DNA of 64,000 nucleotides from Escherichia coli (GTDB taxonomy: Bacteria > Pseudomonadota > Gammaproteobacteria > Enterobacterales > Enterobacteriaceae): NCBI RefSeq assembly GCF_030013205.1, contig NZ_CP122648.1; one strand, 5' to 3'. Position numbers and translations under genes: made by a program. Below the pieces are notes generated by a model, which worked only from the letters and a program-made list of their open reading frames with translations, was not told the origin of the DNA and ran no database searches. Below, in pieces: positions 41,255-52,714 of the stretch. How positions within the stretch are numbered: position 1 is the stretch's first letter; every line of letters starts with the position of its first letter.

Positions 41255-42237
41255 CCCAACCCGTTCTGGACATTCAACAACTGCATTTGAGTTTCCCCGG
41301 TTTTAACGGTGATGTTCACGCGCTCAACAATGTGTCATTGAAAATCAACCGCGGTGAAATTGTCGGTCTGGTGGGAGAATCCGGCTCGGGTAAATCAGTC
41401 ACTGCAATGTTGATTATGCGTCTGCTACCGACGGGCAGTTATTGCGTACATCGGGGACATATTTCACTGCTGGGAGAAGATGCTCTTAACGCTCGGGAAA
41501 AACAGCTTCGTCAGTGGCGCGGCGCACGAGTGGCGATGATCTTTCAGGAACCGATGACCGCCCTTAATCCGACACGTCGAATAGGTCTTCAGATGATGGA
41601 CGTGATCCGCCATCATCAACCAATAAGTCGTCGGGAAGCCAGAGCTAAAGCGATTGCCCTGCTGGAAGAGATGCAAATCCCGGATGCCGTGGAAGTTATG
41701 TCGCGCTATCCGTTTGAGCTTTCAGGTGGTATGCGCCAGCGGGTAATGATTGCGCTGGCATTCTCCTGCGAGCCGCAGTTGATTATTGCCGACGAACCGA
41801 CTACGGCGCTGGACGTCACGGTACAGTTGCAGGTACTGCGTCTGCTTAAACATAAAGCCCGCGCCAGTGGAACTGCGGTACTGTTCATCAGCCATGATAT
41901 GGCCGTGGTGTCGCAACTGTGCGATAGCGTTTACGTGATGTATGCCGGAAGCGTGATTGAAAGCGGCGTGACGGCAGACGTTATCCATCATCCCCGGCAT
42001 CCGTATACCATTGGTTTGCTGCAATGCGCACCGGAACATGGAATACCGCGCCAGCCATTACCCGCCATTCCAGGGACGGTACCAAACCTCACCCATTTGC
42101 CTGACGGCTGCGCTTTTCGCGATCGTTGCTATGCGGCAGGTGCACAGTGTGAAAACGTCCCGGCGCTGACAGCGTGTGGTGACAACAACCACCGCTGCGC
42201 CTGTTGGTATCCTCAGCAGGAGGTCATTAGTGTCTGA
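41251..42237 (+). CDS. ddpD: D,D-dipeptide ABC transporter ATPase DdpD (328 aa)
   Basis: Walker A GESGSGKS, ABC signature LSGGMRQR; 4-nt overlap with ddpC. Confidence 0.9.
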   Translation: MTQPVLDIQQLHLSFPGFNGDVHALNNVSLKINRGEIVGLVGESGSGKSVTAMLIMRLLPTGSYCVHRGHISLLGEDALNAREKQLRQWRGARVAMIFQEPMTALNPTRRIGLQMMDVIRHHQPISRREARAKAIALLEEMQIPDAVEVMSRYPFELSGGMRQRVMIALAFSCEPQLIIADEPTTALDVTVQLQVLRLLKHKARASGTAVLFISHDMAVVSQLCDSVYVMYAGSVIESGVTADVIHHPRHPYTIGLLQCAPEHGIPRQPLPAIPGTVPNLTHLPDGCAFRDRCYAAGAQCENVPALTACGDNNHRCACWYPQQEVISV

Positions 42238-43156
42238 CACGTTATTAACGTTACGCGACGTCCATATCAATTTCCCTGCCCGAAAAAACTGGCTTGGTAA
42301 AACTACGGAACATGTTCATGCCATCAATGGTATTGATTTACAGATCCGTCGTGGTGAAACCTTAGGGATCGTCGGTGAGTCAGGCTGCGGCAAAAGCACC
42401 CTCGCACAGCTTTTAATGGGTATGCTGCAACCGAGCCACGGGCAGTACATCTGTTCAGGATCACAACGCATTATGCAGATGGTGTTTCAGGACCCGCTCT
42501 CTTCGCTTAATCCGCGCTTACCGGTGTGGCGCATCATCACGGAACCGCTCTGGATTGCTAAGCGTAGTAGTGAACAACAGCGGCGAGCGTTGGCAGAGGA
42601 GCTGGCTGTGCAGGTGGGTATTCGTCCGGAGTATCTCGACCGCTTGCCTCATGCGTTCTCAGGCGGGCAGCGGCAACGTATCGCCATTGCCAGAGCACTC
42701 TCTTCGCAGCCTGACGTGATTGTGCTTGATGAACCAACCTCGGCGCTGGATATCTCCGTGCAGGCGCAGATCCTCAATTTACTGGTAACGCTACAGGAAA
42801 ATCGCGAGCTGACTTATGTGCTGATTTCACACAATGTCTCCGTGATACGTCATATGAGCGATCGGGTGGCGGTGATGTATCTCGGACAGATTGTGGAACT
42901 AGGAGACGCGCAACAGGTGCTGACAGCTCCGGCACATCCATACACCCGATTATTGCTGGATTCCCTCCCCGCCATTGATAAACCGCTGGAGGAAGAATGG
43001 GCATTACGTAAAACGGATCTACCAGGAAACCGCACGTTGCCACAAGGCTGTTTTTTCCGCGAACGCTGCCCTTTGGCAACCCACGGATGTGAAGTCCGGC
43101 AATCATTAACAATAAGGGAGGACGGACGTGAGATCCGGTGCTGGCGGGCGCTGTAG
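42230..43156 (+). CDS. ddpF: D,D-dipeptide ABC transporter ATPase DdpF (308 aa, GTG start)
   Basis: Walker A GESGCGKST, signature FSGGQRQR; GTG at 42230 gives the 308-aa product and an 8-nt overlap with ddpD. Confidence 0.85.
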   Translation: MSDTLLTLRDVHINFPARKNWLGKTTEHVHAINGIDLQIRRGETLGIVGESGCGKSTLAQLLMGMLQPSHGQYICSGSQRIMQMVFQDPLSSLNPRLPVWRIITEPLWIAKRSSEQQRRALAEELAVQVGIRPEYLDRLPHAFSGGQRQRIAIARALSSQPDVIVLDEPTSALDISVQAQILNLLVTLQENRELTYVLISHNVSVIRHMSDRVAVMYLGQIVELGDAQQVLTAPAHPYTRLLLDSLPAIDKPLEEEWALRKTDLPGNRTLPQGCFFRERCPLATHGCEVRQSLTIREDGREIRCWRAL

Positions 43157-43211
43157 AGACGCTAACAACGCATCAGGCAATCACGCGCCTGACGCGTCAT
43201 CCGGCAACGCT

Positions 43212-43643
43212 TTACGATTTCAACTGGTAATCAAGCGTAATTTCAGCTTTCAGTACCTGAGAAACCGGGCATCCTGCTTTTGCTTTCTGGATAATGCCGT
43301 CAAAAGTAGAGGCATCAATACCCGGCACCGCAACTTCGCTTTTCAGTGCGATTTTAGTAATCGCAAAACCGGCATCCACTTTATCCAGCGACACATCTGC
43401 GGTGGTATCAATCGATGTTGGCGTGAATCCCGCTTCCCCCAGCATTAATGAAAGCGCCATTGAGAAACATGCGGCATGCGCTGCGCCAATCAGTTCTTCA
43501 GGGTTGGTTCCTTTTTCGCCTTCAAAACGCGTGTTAAATCCATACGGCTGTTGGTTCAGCACGCCGCTCTCGGTGGATACTGTTCCCTTCCCGCGTTTGA
43601 TATCGCCTTCCCAGTGTGCCTGACCTTTCTTATGGATTGTCAT
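43212..43643 (-). CDS. osmC: Osmotically inducible peroxiredoxin OsmC (143 aa)
   Basis: 143-aa ORF convergent with ddpF; OsmC/Ohr-family sequence with conserved Cys pair. Confidence 0.9.
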   Translation of the reverse strand: MTIHKKGQAHWEGDIKRGKGTVSTESGVLNQQPYGFNTRFEGEKGTNPEELIGAAHAACFSMALSLMLGEAGFTPTSIDTTADVSLDKVDAGFAITKIALKSEVAVPGIDASTFDGIIQKAKAGCPVSQVLKAEITLDYQLKS

Positions 43644-43987
43644 TGTTGCTCTCCTGTGGGCTTAAAAAGGAAATTATAGACTACGTGAGAAACCGCACGA
43701 GGATAAGCAGGATATTCCGAATAAAATCCGGCGAAAACATTATCTCTGAACTTAAATTAAATTCCCACAATAGATAACGGGGAATATATAATCCAAAAGA
43801 TATTGTATCAATATTAATCGGATCGCCCCAATTACAATCCCTATGAATATCATGGTGTTAAAATATAAAAATTATCAACCAGGACTAATCTTAACAACGA
43901 AGCGGCAAATATTTGCCATGCTGAATGTGCTTTATAAATCTGCGATCCGTAGCAGACACCAAAAATACACAGACACGGAGAATCGCT

Positions 43988-44203
43988 ATGTTTACTTATT
44001 ATCAGGCAGAAAATTCAACAGCAAAACCCGCTCTGGTTAATGCCATTGAGCAAGGCCTTCGGGCAGAGCACGGTGTTGTCACTGAAGATGACATTCTCAT
44101 GGAGCTGACCAAATGGGTGGAAGCTTCTGATAACGACATCCTCAGTGATATCTACCAGCAAACGATCAATTATGTGGTCAGTGGCCAGCACCCTACGCTT
44201 TAA
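43988..44203 (+). CDS. bdm: Biofilm-dependent modulation protein Bdm (71 aa)
   Basis: Internal Met of the track ORF (MFTYYQAENSTAKPALV) gives 71 aa; divergent from osmC. Confidence 0.8.
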   Translation: MFTYYQAENSTAKPALVNAIEQGLRAEHGVVTEDDILMELTKWVEASDNDILSDIYQQTINYVVSGQHPTL

Positions 44204-44304
44204 GGTGCTATGCTTGATCGGCAACCTAATTTAGGGGTTTAGCACGTGTTTCTTCGCTACGGCGATGTTGTCCTTAAAACTAGCAACAGGATTGAGGAGT
44301 TAAA

Positions 44305-44442
44305 ATGAAATCGAACCGTCAGGCACGTCATATTCTTGGACTGGACCATAAAATTTCTAACCAGCGCAAAATAGTTACCGAAGGTGACAAATCCAGCGTG
44401 GTAAATAACCCAACCGGCAGAAAACGCCCCGCTGAAAAGTAA
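44305..44442 (+). CDS. sra: Stationary-phase ribosome-associated protein Sra (45 aa)
   Basis: Short ORF not in the track (below 60 aa): [45 protein letters not shown], with GAGGAG RBS upstream. Confidence 0.8.
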
Positions 44443-44472
44443 TTCATAACCATCAGTCCTCAATGACGATTA

Positions 44473-44507
44473 AACACCATTGCCTGCGCAATGGTGTTTT
44501 TGTTTTT
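44473..44507 (+). terminator. Rho-independent terminator after sra
   Basis: AACACCATTG / CAATGGTGTT stem followed by TTTTGTTTTT. Confidence 0.6.
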
Positions 44508-44598
44508 ATCTGCTTTATACTTGGGGCCGACGCCCTGGCGGTAAAGCAAAGACGATAAAAGCGTGCCAGGGATGGATATTCAAAAAAGAGTGAGTGAC

Positions 44599-46296
44599 AT
44601 GGAACCAAAAACAAAAAAACAGCGTTCGCTTTATATTCCTTACGCTGGCCCTGTACTGCTGGAATTTCCGTTGTTGAATAAAGGCAGCGCCTTCAGCATG
44701 GAAGAACGCCGTAACTTCAACCTGCTGGGGTTACTGCCGGAAGTGGTCGAAACCATCGAAGAACAAGCGGAACGAGCATGGATCCAGTATCAGGGATTCA
44801 AAACCGAAATCGACAAACACATCTACCTGCGTAACATCCAGGACACTAACGAAACCCTCTTCTACCGTCTGGTAAACAATCATCTTGATGAGATGATGCC
44901 TGTTATTTATACCCCAACCGTCGGCGCAGCCTGTGAGCGTTTTTCTGAGATCTACCGCCGTTCACGCGGCGTGTTTATCTCTTACCAGAACCGCCACAAT
45001 ATGGACGATATTCTGCAAAACGTGCCGAACCATAATATTAAAGTGATTGTGGTGACTGACGGCGAACGTATTCTGGGGCTTGGTGACCAGGGCATCGGCG
45101 GGATGGGCATTCCGATCGGTAAACTGTCGCTCTATACCGCTTGTGGCGGCATCAGCCCGGCGTATACCCTTCCGGTGGTGCTGGATGTCGGAACGAACAA
45201 CCAACAGCTGCTTAACGATCCGCTGTATATGGGCTGGCGTAATCCGCGTATCACTGACGACGAATACTATGAATTCGTTGATGAATTTATCCAGGCTGTG
45301 AAACAACGCTGGCCGGACGTGCTGTTGCAGTTTGAAGACTTCGCACAAAAAAATGCGATGCCGTTACTTAACCGCTATCGCAATGAAATTTGTTCTTTTA
45401 ACGATGACATTCAGGGCACCGCGGCGGTAACGGTCGGCACACTGATCGCAGCCAGCCGCGCGGCGGGTGGTCAACTGAGCGAGAAAAAAATCGTCTTCCT
45501 TGGCGCAGGTTCAGCGGGATGCGGCATTGCCGAAATGATCATCGCCCAGACCCAGCGCGAAGGATTAAGCGAGGAAGCGGCGCGGCAGAAAGTCTTTATG
45601 GTCGATCGCTTTGGCCTGCTGACGGACAAGATGCCGAACCTGCTGCCTTTCCAGACCAAACTGGTGCAGAAGCGCGAAAACCTCAGTGACTGGGATACCG
45701 ACAGCGATGTGCTGTCACTGCTGGATGTGGTGCGTAATGTAAAACCAGATATTCTGATTGGCGTCTCAGGACAGACCGGGCTGTTTACGGAAGAGATCAT
45801 CCGTGAGATGCATAAACACTGTCCGCGTCCGATCGTGATGCCGCTGTCTAACCCGACGTCACGCGTGGAAGCCACACCGCAGGACATTATCGCCTGGACT
45901 GAAGGTAACGCGCTGGTCGCCACTGGCAGTCCGTTTAATCCAGTGGTATGGAAAGATAAAATCTACCCTATCGCCCAGTGCAACAACGCCTTCATTTTCC
46001 CGGGCATCGGGCTGGGCGTTATTGCTTCCGGCGCGTCACGTATCACCGATGAGATGCTGATGTCGGCAAGTGAAACGCTTGCTCAGTATTCGCCGCTGGT
46101 CCTGAACGGCGAAGGCCTGGTACTACCGGAACTGAAAGATATTCAGAAAGTCTCCCGCGCAATTGCGTTTGCGGTTGGCAAAATGGCGCAGCAGCAAGGC
46201 GTGGCGGTGAAAACGTCTGCCGAAGCTTTGCAACAAGCCATTGATGATAATTTCTGGCACGCCGAATACCGCGACTACCGCCGTACCTCCATCTAA
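44599..46296 (+). CDS. maeA: NAD-dependent malic enzyme (565 aa)
   Basis: Translation from [32 protein letters not shown] is the malic enzyme N-terminus; 565 aa. Confidence 0.9.
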   Translation: MEPKTKKQRSLYIPYAGPVLLEFPLLNKGSAFSMEERRNFNLLGLLPEVVETIEEQAERAWIQYQGFKTEIDKHIYLRNIQDTNETLFYRLVNNHLDEMMPVIYTPTVGAACERFSEIYRRSRGVFISYQNRHNMDDILQNVPNHNIKVIVVTDGERILGLGDQGIGGMGIPIGKLSLYTACGGISPAYTLPVVLDVGTNNQQLLNDPLYMGWRNPRITDDEYYEFVDEFIQAVKQRWPDVLLQFEDFAQKNAMPLLNRYRNEICSFNDDIQGTAAVTVGTLIAASRAAGGQLSEKKIVFLGAGSAGCGIAEMIIAQTQREGLSEEAARQKVFMVDRFGLLTDKMPNLLPFQTKLVQKRENLSDWDTDSDVLSLLDVVRNVKPDILIGVSGQTGLFTEEIIREMHKHCPRPIVMPLSNPTSRVEATPQDIIAWTEGNALVATGSPFNPVVWKDKIYPIAQCNNAFIFPGIGLGVIASGASRITDEMLMSASETLAQYSPLVLNGEGLVLPELKDIQKVSRAIAFAVGKMAQQQGVAVKTSAEALQQAIDDNFWHAEYRDYRRTSI

Positions 46297-46429
46297 GCCT
46301 GCGCCCGGTGGTGAAAGCTGCCGGGCAATTTTCCTCTCCCTTTTTCAGATCTCATCCATACTGGGTAGTGGCGAATAAATCTCATTTGCCTCACCTGCTA
46401 TGCAGAACATCATCCGAAAAGGAGGAACT

Positions 46430-47440
46430 ATGAAGGCTGCAGTTGTTACGAAGGATCATCATGTTGACGTTACGGATAAAACACTGCGCTCACTGAAACA
46501 TGGCGAAGCCCTGCTGAAAATGGAGTGTTGTGGTGTATGTCATACCGATCTTCATGTTAAGAATGGCGATTTTGGTGACAAAACCGGCGTAATTCTGGGC
46601 CATGAAGGCATCGGTGTGGTGGCAGAAGTTGGCCCAGGTGTCACCTCATTAAAACCAGGCGATCGTGCCAGCGTGGCGTGGTTTTACGAAGGATGCGGTC
46701 ATTGCGAATACTGTAACAGTGGTAACGAAACGCTCTGCCGTTCAGTTAAAAATGCCGGATACAGCGTTGATGGAGGGATGGCGGAAGAGTGCATCGTGGT
46801 CGCCGATTACGCGGTAAAAGTGCCAGATGGTCTGGACTCGGCGGCGGCCAGCAGCATTACCTGTGCGGGGGTCACCACCTACAAAGCCGTTAAGCTGTCA
46901 AAAATTCGTCCAGGGCAGTGGATTGCTATCTACGGTCTTGGCGGTCTGGGTAACCTCGCCCTGCAATACGCGAAGAATGTCTTTAACGCCAAAGTGATCG
47001 CCATTGATGTCAATGATGAGCAGTTAAAACTGGCAACCGAAATGGGCGCAGATTTAGCGATTAACTCACGCACCGAAGACGCCGCCAAAATTGTGCAGGA
47101 GAAAACTAGTGGCGCTCACGCTGCGGTGGTAACAGCGGTAGCTAAAGCTGCGTTTAACTCGGCAGTTGATGCTGTCCGTGCAGGTGGGCGTGTTGTGGCA
47201 GTCGGTCTGCCGCCGGAGTCTATGAGCCTGGATATCCCACGCCTTGTGCTGGATGGCATTGAAGTGGTCGGTTCTCTGGTCGGCACGCGCCAGGATCTAA
47301 CCGAAGCCTTCCAGTTTGCCGCCGAAGGCAAAGTGGTGCCGAAAGTCGCCCTGCGTCCGTTAGCGGACATCAACACCATCTTTACCGAGATGGAAGAAGG
47401 CAAAATCCGTGGCCGTATGGTGATTGATTTCCGCCGCTAA
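46430..47440 (+). CDS. adhP: Zinc-dependent alcohol dehydrogenase AdhP (336 aa)
   Basis: GHEGxG zinc-ADH motif, Cys cluster CGHCEYC, Rossmann GLGGLG; 336 aa from the internal Met. Confidence 0.9.
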   Translation: MKAAVVTKDHHVDVTDKTLRSLKHGEALLKMECCGVCHTDLHVKNGDFGDKTGVILGHEGIGVVAEVGPGVTSLKPGDRASVAWFYEGCGHCEYCNSGNETLCRSVKNAGYSVDGGMAEECIVVADYAVKVPDGLDSAAASSITCAGVTTYKAVKLSKIRPGQWIAIYGLGGLGNLALQYAKNVFNAKVIAIDVNDEQLKLATEMGADLAINSRTEDAAKIVQEKTSGAHAAVVTAVAKAAFNSAVDAVRAGGRVVAVGLPPESMSLDIPRLVLDGIEVVGSLVGTRQDLTEAFQFAAEGKVVPKVALRPLADINTIFTEMEEGKIRGRMVIDFRR

Positions 47441-47556
47441 GAGGCCTTTGCTGCGACTGCCATGTTCGGGTCGCAGCATCGCACACTCTCCAACATGAAA
47501 TGGCTAAATGGATTATTGTTGCGTAGGAAGGAACGCTACTGAGAGTAAAGACACTA

Positions 47557-47841
47557 ATGAAAATGGCCAATCATCCCCGCCCGGGGGACATTATTCAGGA
47601 ATCACTGGACGAACTTAATGTCAGCCTGCGCGAGTTTGCCAGAGCAATGGAAATTGCGCCCTCAACGGCAAGCCGATTGCTGACCGGAAAAGCAGCTTTG
47701 ACACCAGAAATGGCGATTAAACTTTCCGTGGTGATCGGCAGTTCGCCGCAAATGTGGCTAAATCTGCAAAACGCCTGGAGTCTGGCAGAGGCAGAAAAAA
47801 CGGTGGATGTGTCGCGATTACGCCGTCTGGTTACGCAATAA
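47557..47841 (+). CDS. yddM: HigA-like XRE-family HTH protein YddM (94 aa)
   Basis: 94-aa ORF with an HTH region ([27 protein letters not shown]) typical of HigA-type antitoxins. Confidence 0.85.
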
Positions 47842-47872
47842 AAAAAATGGCGCTTCTTAAAGCGCCATTTTC
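47841..47872. terminator. Bidirectional terminator between convergent yddM and fdnI
   Basis: AAAATGGCGCT / AGCGCCATTTT stem with A-tract on one side and T-tract on the other. Confidence 0.6.
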
Positions 47873-47892
47873 AGCTTAAAGTTCAAAAGAGA

Positions 47893-48546
47893 TTATATCC
47901 CTTCTTCACTCTCTTTTTTCGCTTCTGCCTTCTCGATTTCACGATACCAGCGCGGATGGTGTTTCTTCGCCCAGCGACGGCTCACCTTCCCTTCGATCAT
48001 CCCTTTAATCGATCCTTTCACCCAGAAAGCCATATACATATGGATCAGGATGGCGTGGATCAGGATGATACCCGCAGCCGCATGGATCAGCAGGCTATAA
48101 CGGACAACCTGTATCGGGAAGTACTGCGCAAAGTACGGACGCCAGATAATCACCCCGGTCACCAGCAGCACGAAAATCATGCTCATGATTGACCAGAACA
48201 TCATCTTTTGCCCGGCGTTGTACTTACCGACATCCGCCACTTTGTGCTCATTGCCTTTTAATACTTCGACAATGTTCAACAGCCACGGAATATCTTTCTT
48301 ATCCGGGATGTTGTGATGCACAAAACGCACAAACATAAACATCAGCGCGACGAAAATCGCAATGCCGAAGAACGGGTGCAAAATGCGTCCCATCTGCGGC
48401 GTACCGAAGGTTTGCGTCAGCCATTGCAGCGTCGGGAAGAAGAACGAAATCCCGGACAGCGCCACCAGGAAGAAGCAAATCACCACGGTCCAGTGACAGG
48501 CGCGATCAATAAATTTGGTGCGCACAATCATTTTCGACTTACTCAT
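47893..48546 (-). CDS. fdnI: Formate dehydrogenase-N gamma subunit (cytochrome b556, 217 aa)
   Basis: Membrane protein with conserved His residues; start at the internal Met [12 protein letters not shown]. Confidence 0.9.
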   Translation of the reverse strand: MSKSKMIVRTKFIDRACHWTVVICFFLVALSGISFFFPTLQWLTQTFGTPQMGRILHPFFGIAIFVALMFMFVRFVHHNIPDKKDIPWLLNIVEVLKGNEHKVADVGKYNAGQKMMFWSIMSMIFVLLVTGVIIWRPYFAQYFPIQVVRYSLLIHAAAGIILIHAILIHMYMAFWVKGSIKGMIEGKVSRRWAKKHHPRWYREIEKAEAKKESEEGI

Positions 48547-49423
48547 GATGATCCTCCTCGTCATCGTCCACTTCCTTATTCGGGCCAATACCGATGTAGT
48601 GGAAAATCAACCCGGCAAAAGTGGCAATAAAGCCAGCCGCTGCCAGCGGTTTCAACGCGCCTTTCCACAGGCTTACCGAGGTATCGATCTTCGGATCTTT
48701 CGGCAGACCGTGATACAGCTCCGGCTGATCGGCGTGATGCAGCACGTACATAACGTGCGTACCACCGACCCCTTCCGGGTTGTAGACGTCAGCATGTTCG
48801 TAACCACGCGCTTTCAGTTTCGCCACGCGCTGTTCCGCCAGCTCCAGCATCTCCTTCTTGGTGCCGAAGTGGATAGCCCCGGTCGGACAGGTTTTCACAC
48901 AAGCCGGTTCCTGGCCGACGCTGACGCGATCGACGCAGAGCGTGCATTTATATACCCGGTTATCCTCTTTGTTGAGGCGCGGAATATTAAACGGACACCC
49001 GGCAATGCAGTAACCACAGCCGATGCAGTTTTCCGACTGGAAATCGACAATCCCGTTAGCGTACTGAATGATTGCACCAGCAGACGGGCACGCCTTCAGG
49101 CAGCCCGGATCTTCACAGTGCATACAGCCGTCTTTACGGATCAGCCACTCCAGCTTGCCGTTCTGTTCGGTTTCGCTAAAGCGCATCACCGTCCAGGACT
49201 TGGCGCTCAGATCTGCGGGGTTATCGTAAACCCCGACGCAGTGCCCCACTTCATCACGGATGTCGTTCCACTCCGAACACGCCACCTGACAGGCTTTACA
49301 GCCGATACAGGTGGAAACGTCGATAAGTTTTGCGACTTCTGCTTTGTAATCACGCACCTGAGAAGGCGGCGTGATGGAGTTAGTTGCGGACCTTTTGATA
49401 ATGTCCTGCGTTTCCATAGCCAT
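48539..49423 (-). CDS. fdnH: Formate dehydrogenase-N beta subunit (4x[4Fe-4S], 294 aa)
   Basis: Four CxxCxxCxxxC ferredoxin motifs; overlaps the fdnI start by 8 nt. Confidence 0.9.
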   Translation of the reverse strand: MAMETQDIIKRSATNSITPPSQVRDYKAEVAKLIDVSTCIGCKACQVACSEWNDIRDEVGHCVGVYDNPADLSAKSWTVMRFSETEQNGKLEWLIRKDGCMHCEDPGCLKACPSAGAIIQYANGIVDFQSENCIGCGYCIAGCPFNIPRLNKEDNRVYKCTLCVDRVSVGQEPACVKTCPTGAIHFGTKKEMLELAEQRVAKLKARGYEHADVYNPEGVGGTHVMYVLHHADQPELYHGLPKDPKIDTSVSLWKGALKPLAAAGFIATFAGLIFHYIGIGPNKEVDDDEEDHHE

Positions 49424-49435
49424 CTGTTCGCCCCC

Positions 49436-52400
49436 TTACGCCTTCTCGATGTTGACTAAGAACGCTTTATATTCCGGCGTTTGCGAGTTTGCATCACCGA
49501 CATTCGGCGTCAGAGTGTTAGCGATATAACCTTTACGCGCGACACCCTCAAAGCCCCAGTGGATTGGAATACCCACCGTTTCAACCTGCTGACCGTTTAC
49601 ATTCAGCGGTTTCAGACGGCGCGTTACCACCGCCACCGCGCGGATAAAGCCACGCTTGCTTGAGACAGTGACACGATCGCCATTATTAATGCCTTTCGCC
49701 GCCGCCAGCGTTTCGCTGATTTCCACAAACTGTTCCGGCTGAGCAATTGCGTTGAGCAACGCGTGCTTGGTCCAGGTGTGGAAGTGCTCGGTCAGACGAT
49801 AGGTCGTACCCACATACGGGAACTGCTCTTTTTTACCCATCCGCAGCGCGTCTTGTTCATACAGACGAACGACCGGGTTAGACACCACGTTCGGATGCAG
49901 CGGGTTAGTGCCCAGCGGCGTTTCAATTGGCTCGTAGTGTTCCGGGAACGGACCTTCCGCCATTTTGTTGATGGCAAACAGGCGTCCCATCCCTTCCGGC
50001 TGCATGATAAACGGCCCGGTTGGCGTACCCGGCGCGGCATTGCCGAAGTCCGGAATATCGTTACCCGTCCACTTGCTGCCGTTCCACTGGATCAGCATCC
50101 GTTTCGGATCCCACGGTTTACCGCTGATATCCGCCGAAGCACGGTTGTAGAGTACGCGACGGTTGAGCGGCCACGCCCAGGCCCATCCCAGCGTATTCCC
50201 CAGACCGGACGGGTCGGAGTTATCGCGGTTAGCCATCTGGTTGCCCTGCTCTGTCCAGCTACCGGTGTAGATCCAGCAAGACGATGCGGTTGTACCGTCA
50301 TCACGCAGATGCGCAAAGCTACTCAGCAACTGACCTTTCTTCGCAATCAGCACGCCATTAGCATCATAGAGATCTTCCAGCGCATAGCCGTTATTCTCTT
50401 TCGCCACTTCGTCAGACTGCGGTTCGTGCGGCTGCTTGTAGTTCCAGCTCATCTTCATCAGCGGTTCTACGCCTTTACCACCTTCGGCCTGGTACAGCTC
50501 GCGCAGATGATGGTAGATACCCGCCAGAATTTCGCCGTCGTTACGCGCTTCGCCCGGCGCATCCTGACCTTTCCAGTGCCACTGCAACCAGCGACCGGAG
50601 TTAGCGATAGAACCATCTTCTTCAGCAAAGCAGGTCGAAGGCAGACGGAATACCTCAGTCTGAATAGACGCCGGATCGACATCGTTCGACTCGCCGTGGT
50701 TCTGCCAGAAGGTAGAAGTTTCAGTCACCAGCGGATCGATAACCACCATGTACTTCAGCTTGCTCAGGCAGCTCACCACTTTGTTTTTGTCCGGGAAGGA
50801 CGCAACCGGGTTAAAGCCCTGGCAGAAATAACCGGTGACTTTGCCTTCATCCATCATGTTGAAATACTTGATGACGTCGTAGGTCTGGTCCCACTTAGGC
50901 AGCCAGTCGTAGCCCCAGTTGTTCTCTTTCTGCGCGGCATCGCCGTAGAAAGATTTCATCAGGCTAACGAAGAACTTCGGATAGTTGCTCCAGTAGTTCA
51001 CCTGATCAGCCAGCGTCGCTTTCGGCGTGTTCGCTTCCAGATACGACTGCAAATCAACCTGTTTTTCTGACGGCAGCGTCAGATAACCTGGCAGGCTGGT
51101 AGAGAGCAGGCCTAAGTCAGTCAGGCCCTGAATGTTGGAGTGACCACGCAATGCGTTCACGCCGCCACCAGCCATACCCATGTTACCGAGCAGCAATTGG
51201 ATCATCGCCATGGTGCGGATGTTCTGCGCACCCACGGTGTGCTGCGTCCAGCCCAGCGCGTACAGGAAGGTGGTGGTGCGATCCGGCGCGCTGGTGGAGG
51301 CCAGCACTTCACACACTTTCAGGAAGTCGGCTTTTGGCGTACCGCAGATGTTTTCTACTACATCCGGCGTGTAGCGGGAAACGTGCTCTTTCAGCAGGTT
51401 CCACACACAGCGCGGATGAGTCAGTGTTTCATCGCGTTTCGCATAGCCGTTTTCATCGAACTGATAGTTCCAGGACGATTTATCGTACTGGCGTTTTTCA
51501 GCGTCGTAGCCGCTGAACAGACCGTCTTCGAAAGCAAAATCATCACGCACCAGCAGGCTGGCATTGGTGTAATGCTTAACGTATTCGGCATTGATTTTGT
51601 TGTTTTCGATCAGGTAGCGCAAAACGCCAGACAGGAACGTAATGTCCGTACCGGAACGAATAGGTGCGTAAATATCCGCTACAGAAGCGGTACGCGTAAA
51701 ACGGGGATCGACAACGATCAAGGTTGCATCGTTGTTGTTTTTCGCTTCCATCGCCCAGCGGAAACCGACGGGATGCGCTTCAGCAGCGTTACCGCCCATC
51801 ACCATCACGACGTTAGCGTTTTTGATATCCACCCAGTGGTTGGTCATCGCACCGCGACCAAATGTTGGAGCAAGACTTGCTACCGTTGGTCCGTGTCAGA
51901 CGCGCGCCTGGTTGTCTACCGCCAGCATCCCGAGGGAGCGGGCAAATTTCTGGGTCAGCATCCCGGTTTCGTTGCTGGCACCGGAGGCACACAGCATACC
52001 GGTAGAAAGCCAACGGTTTACCGTTACGCCCTGCTCGTTCTTTTCAATAAAGTTAGCGTCACGGTCAGCTTTCATCAGCTTCGCAATACGGGAGAATGCT
52101 TCTTCCCAGCTAATGCGCTGCCATTTGTCAGAACCTGGCGCACGATATTCCGGGTAGCGCAGACGGTTTTCGCTGTTGACGTAATCCAGCAAACCGGCCC
52201 CTTTCGGGCACAGCGCACCACGGCTTACCGGATGATCCGGGTCACCTTCAATGTGATAAATCGCTTCTCTGGCGTTTTTCGCGCCATCACCCAGGCTATA
52301 CATCAATAGCCCGCAACCTACGGAACAGTATGTGCAGGTGTTACGGATCTCTTTAGCGCGTAATAATTTGTAGTTTCGCGCCTGAGCCAGTGCTTGCTTT

Positions 52401-52483
52401 GGGGCAAAGCCCAATGCCGCTACTGTTGTTCCAGCCATACCGCCCGCGCAGATTTTAAAAAATTGTCTGCGACTGACGTCCAT
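49436..52483 (-). CDS. fdnG: Formate dehydrogenase-N alpha subunit, selenoprotein with in-frame UGA at codon 196 (1015 aa)
   Basis: Two adjacent same-frame minus-strand ORFs (51896..52483 and 49436..51847) separated by TGA at 51896..51898; Tat-type N-terminus MDVSRRQFFK; sequence across the UGA reads ...QARV-U-HGPTVASLAPTFGRG. Confidence 0.9.
51855..51895 (-). other. Putative SECIS hairpin directly 3' of the fdnG UGA
   Basis: mRNA segment downstream of UGA contains the small hairpin AGCAAG-UC-UUGCU at the distance expected for a bacterial SECIS. Confidence 0.55.
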
Positions 52484-52547
52484 TGCTTTCCTCTTTTTTC
52501 AGGGGTATTACTGCGCGAGGAAACTAACAGTAAAATTCTGAATCTTT

Positions 52548-52561
52548 TTGCGCGAAATCAA
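52548..52561 (-). promoter_or_regulatory. Putative FNR site in the fdnG promoter
   Basis: Reverse strand reads TTGATTTCGCGCAA (FNR consensus TTGAT-N4-ATCAA, one half-site degenerate), about 70 nt upstream of the fdnG ATG. Confidence 0.45.
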
Positions 52562-52607
52562 AAAGAACACGTGTTTGCCACAAAATAATCCGCCTGCGCA
52601 AATTGAC

Positions 52608-52623
52608 CTACCTCAATAGCGGT
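52608..52623 (-). promoter_or_regulatory. Putative NarL 7-2-7 heptamer pair upstream of fdnG
   Basis: TACCTCA-AT-AGCGGTA: two inverted TACYYMT-like heptamers with 2-bp spacing. Confidence 0.45.
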
Positions 52624-52714
52624 AGAAAAACGCACCACTGCCTGACAGGCCAGTTAAAAAAATGCTATAAAATTCAGCTTAATTTTTAACGGCAAGAGAG
52701 ACAAAACAGCGAGC

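Noticed and set aside
43644-43987. Possible RcsB box in the osmC-bdm divergent promoter region
   Set aside because: I could not align a convincing match to the RcsB box from memory; left unannotated.
47447-47476. Inverted repeat GCTGCGAC...GTCGCAGC after adhP
   Set aside because: No T-tract and poor REP match; could be a weak terminator but evidence is insufficient.
47441-47556. Possible toxin remnant (15-codon ORF) upstream of yddM
   Set aside because: Too short and without recognisable RelE/HigB residues; cannot be supported from sequence alone.
48515-49459. 314-aa plus-strand ORF
   Set aside because: Antisense to fdnH and the fdnI start; the minus-strand ferredoxin-motif ORF is clearly the real gene.
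49763-52309. Long plus-strand ORFs (435 aa and 389 aa) and many shorter ones in this span
   Set aside because: They lie antisense within fdnG, are Arg- and His-rich with no recognisable domains, and are typical shadow ORFs of a high-GC coding region.
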